Shown here piece by piece: positions 9,520 through 20,621 of a DNA stretch of 64,000 bases (position 1 is the first letter of the stretch; each line of letters begins with the position of its first letter). A program made the translations under genes and the position numbers. The notes under the pieces were generated by a model. The model saw only the letters and a list, made by a program, of their open reading frames with translations, made no database searches and was not told the origin of the DNA. The DNA comes from Thermoplasmatota archaeon (GTDB taxonomy: Archaea > Thermoplasmatota > Poseidoniia > Poseidoniales > Thalassarchaeaceae): positions 73,460 through 137,459 of the forward strand of contig JAURCP010000003.1 in assembly GCA_030828405.1 (NCBI GenBank), in the 5' to 3' direction.

Positions 9520-11772
9520 TTATAATTTTTGTGTTGCATGTCTTTGTGCATCGACTGCACAAATAGCAGCCATATGAACAACCTCTCTTACACTGTCATC
9601 TCTTTGAAGAACATGTGCAGGTTTAGCCAGACCTTCAAGAATAGGTCCTGTCATTTCTGCACCTGCGACTCTTTGAAGTAACTTATATGCAATATTAGCA
9701 GAAGCTAGATTTGGACATATTAGGACATTTGCCGGACCATCAAATTCCATGAATGGATAATTTTCTTGTATCTCGTCAATCAATGCAGTATCTGCTTGCA
9801 TTGGACCGTCAATAACAATACTAGGTTCTATTTCTCTAGCCATCTCTATTGCTTCTTCAATCCTATCAGTTCTCATTTCACCGCTGGTTCCAAAGTTTGA
9901 AAAAGATAACATTGCAACTTTTGGTTTTACTCCGAATCTTCTTGCTACTTTAGCAGTTTGAACAGCAATTTCTGCCAAGGTTCTAGAATCGGGATAGATA
10001 TTAATGGTGGCATCACCTATGAACATTAGCTGCCCATTGACAGTCATCATGTACATTCCTACTATACGGTGAGTATCGATTGCAGGGCCAATTGTTTGTA
10101 AGCATGGTTTCACAATATCAGGGTAGTTATGTGAAATTCCTCCAAGATACCCGTCTGCCTCACCCATGTGAACCATCATTGGTCCGAAATATGTAGTAGT
10201 TTTGAGTAGCCTGATTGCATCTTCCATAGTAAGTCCTTTTCTTCCTCTTAGTTTATGGAATTCTTTTGCATAAGCCCCTCTTCTTCTTGGGTCATATCTA
10301 ACGTCGATAGTTTCACACTCAAATTCAAGACCTAATTCTTCTTTTACAGCATTAATTCTTTTTGTATGGCCCAATAGTATAGGTTCACAAATATTTTCAG
10401 AGATACACTGAGCGGCTGCTTTGATAATAGTAGGATGTTCTCCCTCGGCAAAAACAATCTTCTTTTTGTCCCTTCGTGCTCTATTTATTACACGCCTCAT
10501 AATCGAACGTGTAAGGCCTAATCTGGCTTCCAATTCTTCACGATATTTTTCAATATTAAATTGCTTTTTTGTTATTTTTGCCACTCCTTCGTCAACGGCG
10601 GCTTGAGCGACAGCACTCGCTTCCCAAATCAGAACTCTTGCATCAAATGGTTTTGGAATAATATAATCAGGGCCGAATTGTATTTGTTCACCTTCATAGG
10701 CAGCAGCCACATCATCAGGAACGGCCTCTTTTGCCAAATTAGCAATAGCATGAGTTGCTGCCATTTTCATATTCTCAGTAATCTCAGTAGCTCTAACATC
10801 AAGAGCACCTCTGAAAATATATGGGAATCCCAATACATTGTTGATTTGGTTAGGATAATCTGATCTCCCAGTAGCAACTATTGCATCTCTTCTGACATCT
10901 AAAACATCATCAGGTAATATTTCAGGATCCGGATTTGCTAATGCGAAAATTAGAGGCCTGTTAGCCATAGATTTAACCATCTTTTTATTCACAATCCCTC
11001 CCTTTGAAAGTCCTAGAAAAACATCACTATCTTTCATGGCTTTTTCTAAATTTCCGTCCTCGATATCTCGGGCAAATTCGTCTTTATATACATTTAATTC
11101 CCCATTATTAGAACGCTTAATAGTTAAGATTCCTTTCGAATCAACCATGAGTAAGTTTTCCTTTTTAACACCCAAACGGATATAGTGGCGGGCACAGGAA
11201 ATAGCCGATGCCCCAGCTCCTGAAACTACTACTTTTATTTCCGTAATTTCTTTCCCTACAACTTCTAAACCATTCAATAGAGCAGCACCTGATATTATTG
11301 CAGTACCGTGTTGATCATCATGCATTACAGGAATATTCAACTCTTTGATTAATCTCTTTTCAATTTCAAAACATTCTGGAGCCTTAATATCTTCTAGATT
11401 TATTCCTCCAAAAGTAGGTGATATAGCCTTTACGGCTTCAACAAATTCATCTACATCTGTACGATCAATTTCAATATCAAAAACATCAATATCGGCAAAC
11501 GCTTTGAATAACAGACCCTTTCCTTCCATTACAGGTTTTCCGGCTAGTGCGCCGATATTACCAAGACCTAATACTGCGGTTCCATTACTAATGACAGCCA
11601 CAAGATTTCCTTTTGATGTATAACTAAATGCTGCATCGGGGTTTTTTTGTATTTCTTTACACGGATAAGCTACGCCTGGTGAGTATGCTAGTGAAAGATC
11701 TCTTTGAGTACCATGAGGCTTTGTAGGTACTACTGTTATTTTTCCAGCAGGTCCGGATGAATGGTATTCCAA
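9520..11772 (-). CDS. maeB: NADP-dependent malic enzyme, MaeB type (malic enzyme plus PTA-like domain)
   Basis: [40 protein letters not shown], followed by a C-terminal phosphate-acetyltransferase-like half. The 5' end is uncertain: only a TTG is available, and conserved-looking residues continue upstream (see findings). Confidence 0.92.
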   Translation of the reverse strand: MEYHSSGPAGKITVVPTKPHGTQRDLSLAYSPGVAYPCKEIQKNPDAAFSYTSKGNLVAVISNGTAVLGLGNIGALAGKPVMEGKGLLFKAFADIDVFDIEIDRTDVDEFVEAVKAISPTFGGINLEDIKAPECFEIEKRLIKELNIPVMHDDQHGTAIISGAALLNGLEVVGKEITEIKVVVSGAGASAISCARHYIRLGVKKENLLMVDSKGILTIKRSNNGELNVYKDEFARDIEDGNLEKAMKDSDVFLGLSKGGIVNKKMVKSMANRPLIFALANPDPEILPDDVLDVRRDAIVATGRSDYPNQINNVLGFPYIFRGALDVRATEITENMKMAATHAIANLAKEAVPDDVAAAYEGEQIQFGPDYIIPKPFDARVLIWEASAVAQAAVDEGVAKITKKQFNIEKYREELEARLGLTRSIMRRVINRARRDKKKIVFAEGEHPTIIKAAAQCISENICEPILLGHTKRINAVKEELGLEFECETIDVRYDPRRRGAYAKEFHKLRGRKGLTMEDAIRLLKTTTYFGPMMVHMGEADGYLGGISHNYPDIVKPCLQTIGPAIDTHRIVGMYMMTVNGQLMFIGDATINIYPDSRTLAEIAVQTAKVARRFGVKPKVAMLSFSNFGTSGEMRTDRIEEAIEMAREIEPSIVIDGPMQADTALIDEIQENYPFMEFDGPANVLICPNLASANIAYKLLQRVAGAEMTGPILEGLAKPAHVLQRDDSVREVVHMAAICAVDAQRHATQKL

Positions 11773-11994
11773 AGCATCTTTTCGAAGTTGTTTATCTGTC
11801 AGGATTACATCCCCTGTATACTATCCGGCATATCTCTTACCTATGATGCTATCCGATATTAATGATATATATTATCGGCCTTTTGTACACTCTTTTTGAG
11901 TATTTTTATTATTGAAGTATCACCTACGGTGTACGAGCATGTATGGCACATTCGCCACATCCTTTGATAATGTATAAAACGACGCGATTGGACT

Positions 11995-14900
11995 ATGGGC
12001 ATAGCGTATGATTCAGTTTCTGGCTCTCAGAAACGGATGGCGATGGTGTTAGTTGCTCTGATGTTACTTCTTCCGTGGTCGTCATTTGAATCTACAAATC
12101 TAGAAGAAAATTCAGATTTTATGAGTACAATCCCCGGTGCTTGGGGCGCTGGGGGAAGTAATGATACAGGATGGATTGAATTATCTGCAGAAGGTGCGAA
12201 TCCATCCAATGGAACCTATGCATATGGGGATTTATTTCTCGATTTTGCCCCCGGTGCTTTAATTGATAATATGACTTTTGAAGTAAAAGTTAATGGTTCA
12301 GATGGTTTGTGGGCATATGAGCCACAGATTACACTACTGGATACTCAGACACCAATACTTGATTGGACTGAATTAGGAGGATTCGGTATGCAAAATTCAT
12401 TTTCTGAGAATCAACCAGAGGTTAATTCGGCAGGGATTCTTGACACTCGCTTACGACCTAATTCCATAAGTGATACAAGTTGGCAGTTACCTACTGGGAT
12501 TTCTATAACAGATCTAGTCATGGAAGCTTTACGCCCAGCAGATCCAAAGGTTTCCTTTTCATCTTTAGACATTGAAATATACGATAGTGCTGTAAATCCA
12601 GTTGATGGTAGATTATACATCCTACTGGGGGATGACCTACTACATTTAGATGACCAAACATCTACTTTAATTGTAGATATTGAATCTGATGTATATGGCA
12701 GAAGTCTTGCAGTAGATGAAACGAGAAATCGTCTTTTGATAGGAACTTCCAATGGAACAATATTACAACGCAGTCTTTCCGATTCTTCCATCATGGAAAC
12801 ATCATTAATCTCTGATGCTCAAACCTTCGACGCTATCACGGTTGATGATTACGGTACAGTTTGGGCAACCTCTGGATGCAATGTTTACTACACCAGCGAT
12901 AGTATTTGGGAATCTTACTATTATTGCCCTGGAGGTGCCGTTAAGACAGCCACTGATATAGTATCCACAGGCGATGAAGTCTACATTTCTACATATCAGG
13001 GTCTCCATTTCCTAGGTTTTTCAACATCTCCTGGAGTTAATGGAACCTTAGTTTCAGTAGATAGCAATGTGCTGTGGAATACAGGCAATTTCTTAAGTTC
13101 TGATAAAATAAACGATTTACAACTATTAGGTTCTCAATTATTGATTGCAACAGACAATGCAGGGATAGACAGGCGTAATTTAGCTTCTAATTCTTGGATG
13201 GCTACATGGTCAACCAGTAATTGGTTAGCCTCTAATCAAGTCATTGGTTTCGGCCTTACTGAAGGTTGGCTGTACATCCTCGCTGCTAATACTGTACACA
13301 CATATGATACCAATGCACTTTTCTTTTCATCACAGAGACAACTAACAGATTTTGATTTGAAAGAAAACGGTAATGAGATAATTTCTTGGCCTGATTTGGG
13401 CAAAGCAAGAAATCCATATCCTGGACTGGTTTTGGTAGGTGATGGTTCTGGTGTATTGGGCCGTTTAGTTGGAGAAATTAATGACGGAACAGAAACTCTT
13501 GTTAGTAGCCCTTCAACAAATCAAATGAATCAGGTAATATTTGTTGATGATTATGAAGAAGGAGAAATCTGGGTTTCAGGAGGGACCATAATAGATAGAT
13601 TTGATGAGGCAACTCAAACATGGCTTTCTCCAATTGATATTTCAGATTATGTAAGTAACCCCTTCCAAATAACATCGTTTGTCCAGGATTCAGATGGATG
13701 GGTTTGGGTTGGTACAATAAACTCAGGAATTCTGAGACTGGACAATACAGATGCATCGTATATGGGCACAGTTCAGGGCATTGCTTCTAATGCAGTTAGA
13801 TCTCTATCACATGACTCGTATACTGAAATCTTAGTAGTCGGGCATTATGAAGACGGGCTATCATTTGTCAATACATCTTCAATGACACTTTCAGATGTTA
13901 TTACTGAGCAAGATGGTTTAGATTCTGATTTTATCAATGATGTCGTAACTAGGTATGGTGTTGCATATATCGCTACTCCTGACGCGGGTGTTATGAGAAT
14001 TAATTTACAAGAATTATCTATTTTGTCATCTTGGCAATCTCTTGGTGCAGATAACTTAGAAGCCGCCCCAATAGCAGTCGACCAAGATATAATTTATTTT
14101 GGATTAACAGGATTTGGAATTTTATTGATTGATAGACATACTAGTGAAATTATTGATATTTGGGATGCAGATGGAACTAGTGGTTTACCAGATAATGATG
14201 TACTTTCTCTCCATCTTGACTATTATGGCGGTTTAATTATTGGTATGGAAGTACCTAATTCTGGCGGGACGTCAAATCAAGCAATGGCTAGATGGGATGG
14301 GTCTAATTGGGAATATTTTGAAACAGATGTTCCAGGTGGAAATAATGATCCATTCAAAATCAATGATATCAAGAGTGACGCAGACGGAGTAGTTGCGGCT
14401 ACTAACCGAGGAGTTTGTACTTGGACGGGTTGGACAATAATTCAAGGAAACATATACGAGTGGGATGAATGTGTTTCTCCAATGAATAATTCTGCGCGAT
14501 TCAGTGAGACTTTTTCTGTAGAATTAGTTCCTCTTAGTAGTTCTCTCTCCGAAAATTGCTGTACTCGAATATTAGCAGGTCATGACGAAGGTGCATCTTT
14601 GATAAATCGAAATACAGGATTATCTGTTGTAGAAAGATGGACTGCAGGAGATGATACACAAAGAGCTAGGGTGGTAAAAGTACAAGATATATTGTATATT
14701 GGTTTCGAGAATACTGGTATAGGGAGATATAATCTTACTAGTCAGGAATGGCTTCAAACATGGGATGGTGATCAAGGATATATCAATGATGATGACGTCA
14801 CAGTTCTAATTCCTGGACATATTGAAAATACAATATGGGCGGGCGGTGATTTTGGTTTAACTCTCATCGATGTAGTAAATGATACAGTGCTAATAGCTTG

Positions 14901-17900
14901 GAATCGTGGTTCAAATTCTGGTGGTCCTACACTTTCTAACTCCGCACCACAAGATGTAATAATAGTTGATGATATTCTGCATTATTCAACTCAGAGATCA
15001 ACTGCATGGTGGCAGTCAAATGATCAAATCTGGAGAATCAATTTAACTTCTAATTCTAGTGAATCTACTATTGATGTAGGTCAAGAATTGGGTTGGGAGG
15101 GTAAAATTCACAGTTTAGGGCATGTTTCTGAAGAACTTTGGGTCGGAATTAGGCCTACTCAATACTGGAATCAAGGTGATGGAACGATTGCTCGATGGAA
15201 TATTACTAACGAAACTTGGGAAACTCCTCTAGATACCATAGGTAGTGTTGAGAGAGTGAATGCTCAATTCCTTGGTGAATGTTTCCCAATTAATGTTTCA
15301 TCTTGCGAGTTATGGATTGCATATGGCGATAACATATTGCGTCGTTTCTCAGCACAAACAATGACATTGCTTAATGAATGGACAGATATACCCGGACCAA
15401 TCAGAGGAATAGTTGAATATCAGGATGATTATTTATTTGCAAGTATGGATGGTATTCTACGTTGGGAACCTGATAATGAAACATGGTTAGACCCATGGGT
15501 TGTTAACGATGGATTGCCATCAGATGCAAATGACGAATTGTATACAATGATAACTGTTGGAGAAGATCTGTGGGCAGGAAGTTATAGCGGAGGAGGAGGC
15601 TTCAATACCAATTCAGAAATTATCCGTAAGAACGGTACTACAGGTAACTGGACAACATGGAATTTGGGTAGTGCAGGAATTCCTAATGGTTATACTGCAG
15701 ATATTGAAGTTTGTGATGATATTGTACACATAGCCGTTGGAGCAGTCAATTGGTGGGGGAATCAAGGCGGTATTGCTCGTTACGACTTAGCAGATCATGA
15801 TTCCGATGGAATTACTGATGAATGGATTACTTCCATCCTGACCTCTAATGGTCTGGCGGATAATGACGCTCGCGCCCTTGCTTGCGACGAAGCCAATAGA
15901 ATAATGTACGTTGGTTTTGATGAAGAAGGAGTAGGAATTGACAGATATAATTACAATACCGATCAATTTTTATCTACTCTAACAAATTCTGCAGATGGTA
16001 TTTCAGAAGATAGAATATTCCCTGGAGGTATGCTGCACGATGGAAATGTATTGTTAACAGCGCATCAATTTGATACGACAGGTGGTATTTCTAGGATCAT
16101 TACCTCTGGGACATCTACTTTGAATGGTCAGATCCTCAGTCCTGGGATGGATGGTTGCTCAATCGTTAAAGCACCTTCATCAACAACTCCTATCTATGCT
16201 ATAGGGCGCTCCGGACAAACCTCAGGAGTCAATAGAGTTGATAGATTAGATTCTACAGGTTTGATAGAAAGTGGTTTCGATGAATTAACAGGGCTAACAA
16301 GTGGTAAGATACTAAATATTATTTCCAATGAAACAAATATTTGGGCAACATCAAGTTTAGGTTGGAATTCATTTTATGCATCTTCTGTATTACAAGGAGA
16401 GCTTGTTAATGGTGGCGTTAGGTGGCAATATGGATATTCATTTGATGGCGATATTATCAATGATATCAAATTAGATGGAGATAAAATATGGGTGACTACT
16501 GCAGGCAGTGGTTTGTATAAAATTGACACAATACAGCGAACCTTGACACCTACATCCTCAGCTCTCCACTCACAAATGGATGGAATGCATATTGACGATG
16601 ATGGGATAATGTATGTAGGACTAATGGGTGAATCTGGGACCTCTGCAGGATACCAATCGTTCAACACTAATACTGAAAATTGGGGTCAAGGCAGCCTAAT
16701 AGCAGGTTTACCAAGTAATATTGTTAGAGACTTCCTAGAAGTAGGCAATCATGTATTGATTGCAACTAATGGAGGTATAGGTATGTACAATATGACAAGG
16801 AGTGGATGGGATTCTCCAATCACCTCTTATGATGGTCTCCCATCACCAGTAGTTGAGCATTTAATGCTCTTAGAGGGGCCGATACAAGGAAACGGTACAA
16901 TATTGGCAGGAGGATTAGCAGGTATAACAGTCCTTGAAGAAGGAACTTATTCAATACAGAATACCATAGATTATTCTGACGGTTTAATTGGGAATCGAAT
17001 TTCAGGAATGTTGTTTGCAGACTCTGTAACTCGAGAGGTAATAGTGGGTAACTCTACAATTATCCAACATCATAATGCGTCAATATTCATTTCTCATAAT
17101 GGTCAAGGTGCAACAAGACCGGGTGTTGCTGCTTGGGATATTGATACAGATACTCAAAATGGAACATATCTAATAGATATGATACCAAGTAATAATGTTC
17201 TGAGTTTAGCTGCTGATTCTTGGGGCGTTCATGTTGCTACAGACATTGCTCCAGTAGTACATTGGAACGGTACAATGGGGCAAATGGAAGCAGGCACAAA
17301 CCCATCTAATCTTTTATCATGGCCACCTGTAAAGATGGTTTCGAACGGTAACTATCTAGTCCTAATAGGCTCTGGCGGAATTAATCTTTTAGATGTAGGA
17401 AATTCTCACTCTGTAATTGCATCAACTTCAGCATCGGGATTCAATAATGCATTTATTGAATCTAATTCTCTATATGTTGTTGCAGAAGATGGGCTTCATG
17501 TTTGGGAAGGAAGTTTAATTGAACAGCCACGAGAATATCAAAGAAGAGCGGAACCAATTTATTCTATATTTGGCGGTAGGCAATGGGATATTACATCAAC
17601 AACTCATCCAGGTATGTCTACGGTTTTAGTTAATTCTTCGGATCCTCTGTCAATTCCAAATGATTCTAATTCTCTTCCAGGAATTTTACCTATGTACAAT
17701 GGAGCTTTGACAATCACAAGTCCAGTTACCTCATCTAATGTCTGGGCTCGTTCTGTTTCTTTGAATTATTCTGGCTCATGGGATTTAGCAGGAAGAAACC
17801 CTGCAATCGAGGCAGGATTCCAAAATGCTATTTCCAATGTAGGACCGGGCTCTAATTCAGTAGAATTACATGTACAAATGCAATCTCCAATGAATGGCAC

Positions 17901-20577
17901 AATTAGTGTTAGAATGACTTATGATTGGGAAAGAGTGGAAGTTCCAACAATCCTGACATCTTTCAATAATCGTGGAAATGATGGTGGCGGAGTTCTTGAG
18001 GCTACATGGTTACCATCCGAAGATGCAGCATGGTACGGATATAGAGTCTATATCTGGGATTCTACATCTAACCCTGTATGGGAGCCCAATAAACAAGAAT
18101 TAGAAGATTTCGCAGGATATATGCATGTTCCATTTTGGTCTCAAACTTCAGCCACAATCACTGAAGCAGATCATAATGGAATTATGTCAACACTGGTAGA
18201 TGGCAATAAGTATCGGGCGGCAATCGTTACAGAATATGCCGATGGTTCAATTGGAGAGCCTATGTCATGGCCTTTCAATGCAACTCCAATTGACGAAGTC
18301 CCATCTCCTCCTGAATGGTTGACTGCAAATCCGATTTCTGGTGGTACAGCTGGAACCATTTACGCTGAATGGTCTGCATGTACTGAAATGGATCCTTCCA
18401 AGACTAGGCTCTGGGCAGTTGAACAAGAAATTACAAATGCATTAGCATTAACAAACAATTTTGATATCTCAGCAATTTCTGGAAATAATACTGTTCTACA
18501 ACTAAATCCTGGTTCTACATATTGGTTCGCTGCTGTTTGTGTAGACGAAAGTGGTCAATCGGATCTACTTAATGCCACTATAGTTGGTCCAATAGTTACC
18601 GCCGGAGGGCTTGATGACGGCATTCCACCGATGCCTATTGAAGGAACCACTGCTATCGACGTTCCAGATGATGAAGGAGGGCAAATACAAGTTTCCTGGA
18701 TCCCAAATCAAGAAGATGATTGTACATTCTATACTATATTTGCACTACCTGCTACAAGTTGGCAACCACCGAACAATGTAGATGGTTGGCCTGTTTCATC
18801 ATATGTTTCAGATTGTTCAACCAATTCAACAATTATTTCTTCATTTGGGGAAGCTCCTTTCTTAGATGATACGACTTATTGGATAGGTGTCGTTGCTTCA
18901 GATGATTGGGGTAACCAAGATTTTAGCAACGTATTGGTTGTTGAAGCAACTCCTCAATCTAATAATGGCGGAGTAGGCATACCTCCAGCCAGAGTTGATG
19001 GCTTAGCGGCGTTCGATCATCCTGAAGATGACGGAACCGCTATTGATATAATTTGGAATAGGTCTTTGGCTACCGATTTCTCATTCTACACAATCTGGGT
19101 TTCTGATTTCTATCAAGAAGACCTAACAGAATCTTGGAATGATTGTTCAAATTCTCCTGAATCCTGTGGACTTATAAAATTAAATCAGCAACAAATTGGG
19201 GGCGCTTTCCAACTTCGAATGACAGTGGAGAAAGCACATTATGGAGATACAATTTCTCAATCTTCTTCTTCGGCAATAATACCAGAAGTGCCACTATATG
19301 TTACAATCACTACTCATGATATTCACGGTAATGTATTCCTCTCAGATATGCAGAATTACATGGTATTGGTAATTCCGTCAGATAACAGCGGAGATATATT
19401 CCCACCTTCAAGACTTAATCCTCCTCAGTTAACAGATCGTCCATCAGATGATGGAGACGGTGTATTTGTTACATTCCAAGAAAGCGATGCTTCAGATATT
19501 TCTGAATATTGGATATTTGCAGAAACAATCCCATTTAGTTCCTTAGTAAACCGTCAACCAGCAATGATTCTTGATAGGGATGTAGAGATGCCGGTTCTTC
19601 TTCAACAATTTTCAGATGGTAGTCCATTAGCCCCTAATATCATGTTCTGGGTCAGTGTAATCCCAGTTGACTCATCAGGAAATTATTGGGATGAAGGAAT
19701 AAAAACTTCTTCAATAGCTCTGATTAATGAAAATATTCTTGACCCTGGCCTTCATATTCCTGAAATTGGCGGAATAATTGCTTATTGGGATAGCACTGGA
19801 ACTAAGATTCAAATTGAATGGGATGATAAAAACGATCCTTCAATTGAATCATATTATATTTTCTTATCTTCAATACCATTTGAAGATACTCGTGATGCTG
19901 ACACCTCTCAGAATGTAGCTAAGCCATATTCAAGTTATACATGGCAAGCAACTCCATCTGAAACGGATAATCAATACTCGGTAAATAACGAGAACTCCTA
20001 CTGGATTGCTATAGTTGGATTTGATGGGGAAGTTCACCGTCTTGCAGTTGATCCTCTAGAAATACAACCATGGTCTGAATCTGCTTTTGGTTCTGATAGT
20101 GATGGTTTGGGTGATTCAGGCAGTACTTGGATTAATCAATTAATTGATGGTGATATGAATATGATAATTGCTCTAATTTCTGCAATAATGATATTATTTG
20201 GTGGAGTATTAGTATTGAAACCTAAAGGTAGGTCTGCACCACAGCCATGGGAGATGGGAACCTTAGAAGTCGAACTCGAGGAACAAATGTATGACGAAGA
20301 TTTCGGAATGGATGACGATTTTTCAGCAGATGATTCTATACCTGAAAATGTAGAAAATGTACCATTCGAAGAACCCGTAAATATCGATTCTTTAACTCCA
20401 ACCCAATTAGATAATGAAGTTATGGATGAATTACTTGTAGATGAAGAAGAAATTGATTTAGATGACTTAAGTGACTTAGCAGATGACTTTGATTTGGACG
20501 ATCTCGATGATATGGCTGAAGAATTAGCAGATATAGAAGATGATATCGATACCTCTTTTATTGATGATATTTTGTGA
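11995..20577 (+). CDS. Giant surface protein (2860 aa): signal peptide, many beta-propeller (Reg_prop-like) blades, six FN3-like modules, C-terminal TM anchor, acidic cytoplasmic tail
   Basis: Single uninterrupted ORF. N-terminal hydrophobic MAMVLVALMLLLPWSS. Recurrent blade motifs such as DSDGWVWVGTINSGILRLD, DGDKIWVTTAGSGLYKID, ANRIMYVGFDEEGVGIDRYN. Repeated modules with (D/E)DGG..I.V.W......Y.I. TM MIIALISAIMILFGGVLVL at about 20155-20220, then a D/E-rich tail. The start could also be the ATG at 12037. Confidence 0.9.
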   Translation: MGIAYDSVSGSQKRMAMVLVALMLLLPWSSFESTNLEENSDFMSTIPGAWGAGGSNDTGWIELSAEGANPSNGTYAYGDLFLDFAPGALIDNMTFEVKVNGSDGLWAYEPQITLLDTQTPILDWTELGGFGMQNSFSENQPEVNSAGILDTRLRPNSISDTSWQLPTGISITDLVMEALRPADPKVSFSSLDIEIYDSAVNPVDGRLYILLGDDLLHLDDQTSTLIVDIESDVYGRSLAVDETRNRLLIGTSNGTILQRSLSDSSIMETSLISDAQTFDAITVDDYGTVWATSGCNVYYTSDSIWESYYYCPGGAVKTATDIVSTGDEVYISTYQGLHFLGFSTSPGVNGTLVSVDSNVLWNTGNFLSSDKINDLQLLGSQLLIATDNAGIDRRNLASNSWMATWSTSNWLASNQVIGFGLTEGWLYILAANTVHTYDTNALFFSSQRQLTDFDLKENGNEIISWPDLGKARNPYPGLVLVGDGSGVLGRLVGEINDGTETLVSSPSTNQMNQVIFVDDYEEGEIWVSGGTIIDRFDEATQTWLSPIDISDYVSNPFQITSFVQDSDGWVWVGTINSGILRLDNTDASYMGTVQGIASNAVRSLSHDSYTEILVVGHYEDGLSFVNTSSMTLSDVITEQDGLDSDFINDVVTRYGVAYIATPDAGVMRINLQELSILSSWQSLGADNLEAAPIAVDQDIIYFGLTGFGILLIDRHTSEIIDIWDADGTSGLPDNDVLSLHLDYYGGLIIGMEVPNSGGTSNQAMARWDGSNWEYFETDVPGGNNDPFKINDIKSDADGVVAATNRGVCTWTGWTIIQGNIYEWDECVSPMNNSARFSETFSVELVPLSSSLSENCCTRILAGHDEGASLINRNTGLSVVERWTAGDDTQRARVVKVQDILYIGFENTGIGRYNLTSQEWLQTWDGDQGYINDDDVTVLIPGHIENTIWAGGDFGLTLIDVVNDTVLIAWNRGSNSGGPTLSNSAPQDVIIVDDILHYSTQRSTAWWQSNDQIWRINLTSNSSESTIDVGQELGWEGKIHSLGHVSEELWVGIRPTQYWNQGDGTIARWNITNETWETPLDTIGSVERVNAQFLGECFPINVSSCELWIAYGDNILRRFSAQTMTLLNEWTDIPGPIRGIVEYQDDYLFASMDGILRWEPDNETWLDPWVVNDGLPSDANDELYTMITVGEDLWAGSYSGGGGFNTNSEIIRKNGTTGNWTTWNLGSAGIPNGYTADIEVCDDIVHIAVGAVNWWGNQGGIARYDLADHDSDGITDEWITSILTSNGLADNDARALACDEANRIMYVGFDEEGVGIDRYNYNTDQFLSTLTNSADGISEDRIFPGGMLHDGNVLLTAHQFDTTGGISRIITSGTSTLNGQILSPGMDGCSIVKAPSSTTPIYAIGRSGQTSGVNRVDRLDSTGLIESGFDELTGLTSGKILNIISNETNIWATSSLGWNSFYASSVLQGELVNGGVRWQYGYSFDGDIINDIKLDGDKIWVTTAGSGLYKIDTIQRTLTPTSSALHSQMDGMHIDDDGIMYVGLMGESGTSAGYQSFNTNTENWGQGSLIAGLPSNIVRDFLEVGNHVLIATNGGIGMYNMTRSGWDSPITSYDGLPSPVVEHLMLLEGPIQGNGTILAGGLAGITVLEEGTYSIQNTIDYSDGLIGNRISGMLFADSVTREVIVGNSTIIQHHNASIFISHNGQGATRPGVAAWDIDTDTQNGTYLIDMIPSNNVLSLAADSWGVHVATDIAPVVHWNGTMGQMEAGTNPSNLLSWPPVKMVSNGNYLVLIGSGGINLLDVGNSHSVIASTSASGFNNAFIESNSLYVVAEDGLHVWEGSLIEQPREYQRRAEPIYSIFGGRQWDITSTTHPGMSTVLVNSSDPLSIPNDSNSLPGILPMYNGALTITSPVTSSNVWARSVSLNYSGSWDLAGRNPAIEAGFQNAISNVGPGSNSVELHVQMQSPMNGTISVRMTYDWERVEVPTILTSFNNRGNDGGGVLEATWLPSEDAAWYGYRVYIWDSTSNPVWEPNKQELEDFAGYMHVPFWSQTSATITEADHNGIMSTLVDGNKYRAAIVTEYADGSIGEPMSWPFNATPIDEVPSPPEWLTANPISGGTAGTIYAEWSACTEMDPSKTRLWAVEQEITNALALTNNFDISAISGNNTVLQLNPGSTYWFAAVCVDESGQSDLLNATIVGPIVTAGGLDDGIPPMPIEGTTAIDVPDDEGGQIQVSWIPNQEDDCTFYTIFALPATSWQPPNNVDGWPVSSYVSDCSTNSTIISSFGEAPFLDDTTYWIGVVASDDWGNQDFSNVLVVEATPQSNNGGVGIPPARVDGLAAFDHPEDDGTAIDIIWNRSLATDFSFYTIWVSDFYQEDLTESWNDCSNSPESCGLIKLNQQQIGGAFQLRMTVEKAHYGDTISQSSSSAIIPEVPLYVTITTHDIHGNVFLSDMQNYMVLVIPSDNSGDIFPPSRLNPPQLTDRPSDDGDGVFVTFQESDASDISEYWIFAETIPFSSLVNRQPAMILDRDVEMPVLLQQFSDGSPLAPNIMFWVSVIPVDSSGNYWDEGIKTSSIALINENILDPGLHIPEIGGIIAYWDSTGTKIQIEWDDKNDPSIESYYIFLSSIPFEDTRDADTSQNVAKPYSSYTWQATPSETDNQYSVNNENSYWIAIVGFDGEVHRLAVDPLEIQPWSESAFGSDSDGLGDSGSTWINQLIDGDMNMIIALISAIMILFGGVLVLKPKGRSAPQPWEMGTLEVELEEQMYDEDFGMDDDFSADDSIPENVENVPFEEPVNIDSLTPTQLDNEVMDELLVDEEEIDLDDLSDLADDFDLDDLDDMAEELADIEDDIDTSFIDDIL

Positions 20578-20621
20578 TATCTCTTAGAAGAATTTGAAGA
20601 GATGTAAGTTTACGGCCATAC

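Noticed and set aside
11821-11880. ATGATGC ... AATGATA motifs in the maeB/giant-gene spacer, and TGATAA...CTGA near 57100, as possible C/D-box sRNAs
   Set aside because: No complete C (RUGAUGA), D' , C' and D (CUGA) arrangement with correct 12-nt guide spacing, and no terminal stem, could be found. The motifs are expected by chance in AT-rich promoters.
11840-11880. CCGATA...TATCGG inverted repeat and an ATCGGCCTT string in the same spacer as a possible dif-like Xer site
   Set aside because: The arms are only 6 bp and are separated by 14 nt. This is not the 11-6-11 architecture of Xer sites, and I cannot verify any archaeal dif consensus from memory well enough to claim similarity.
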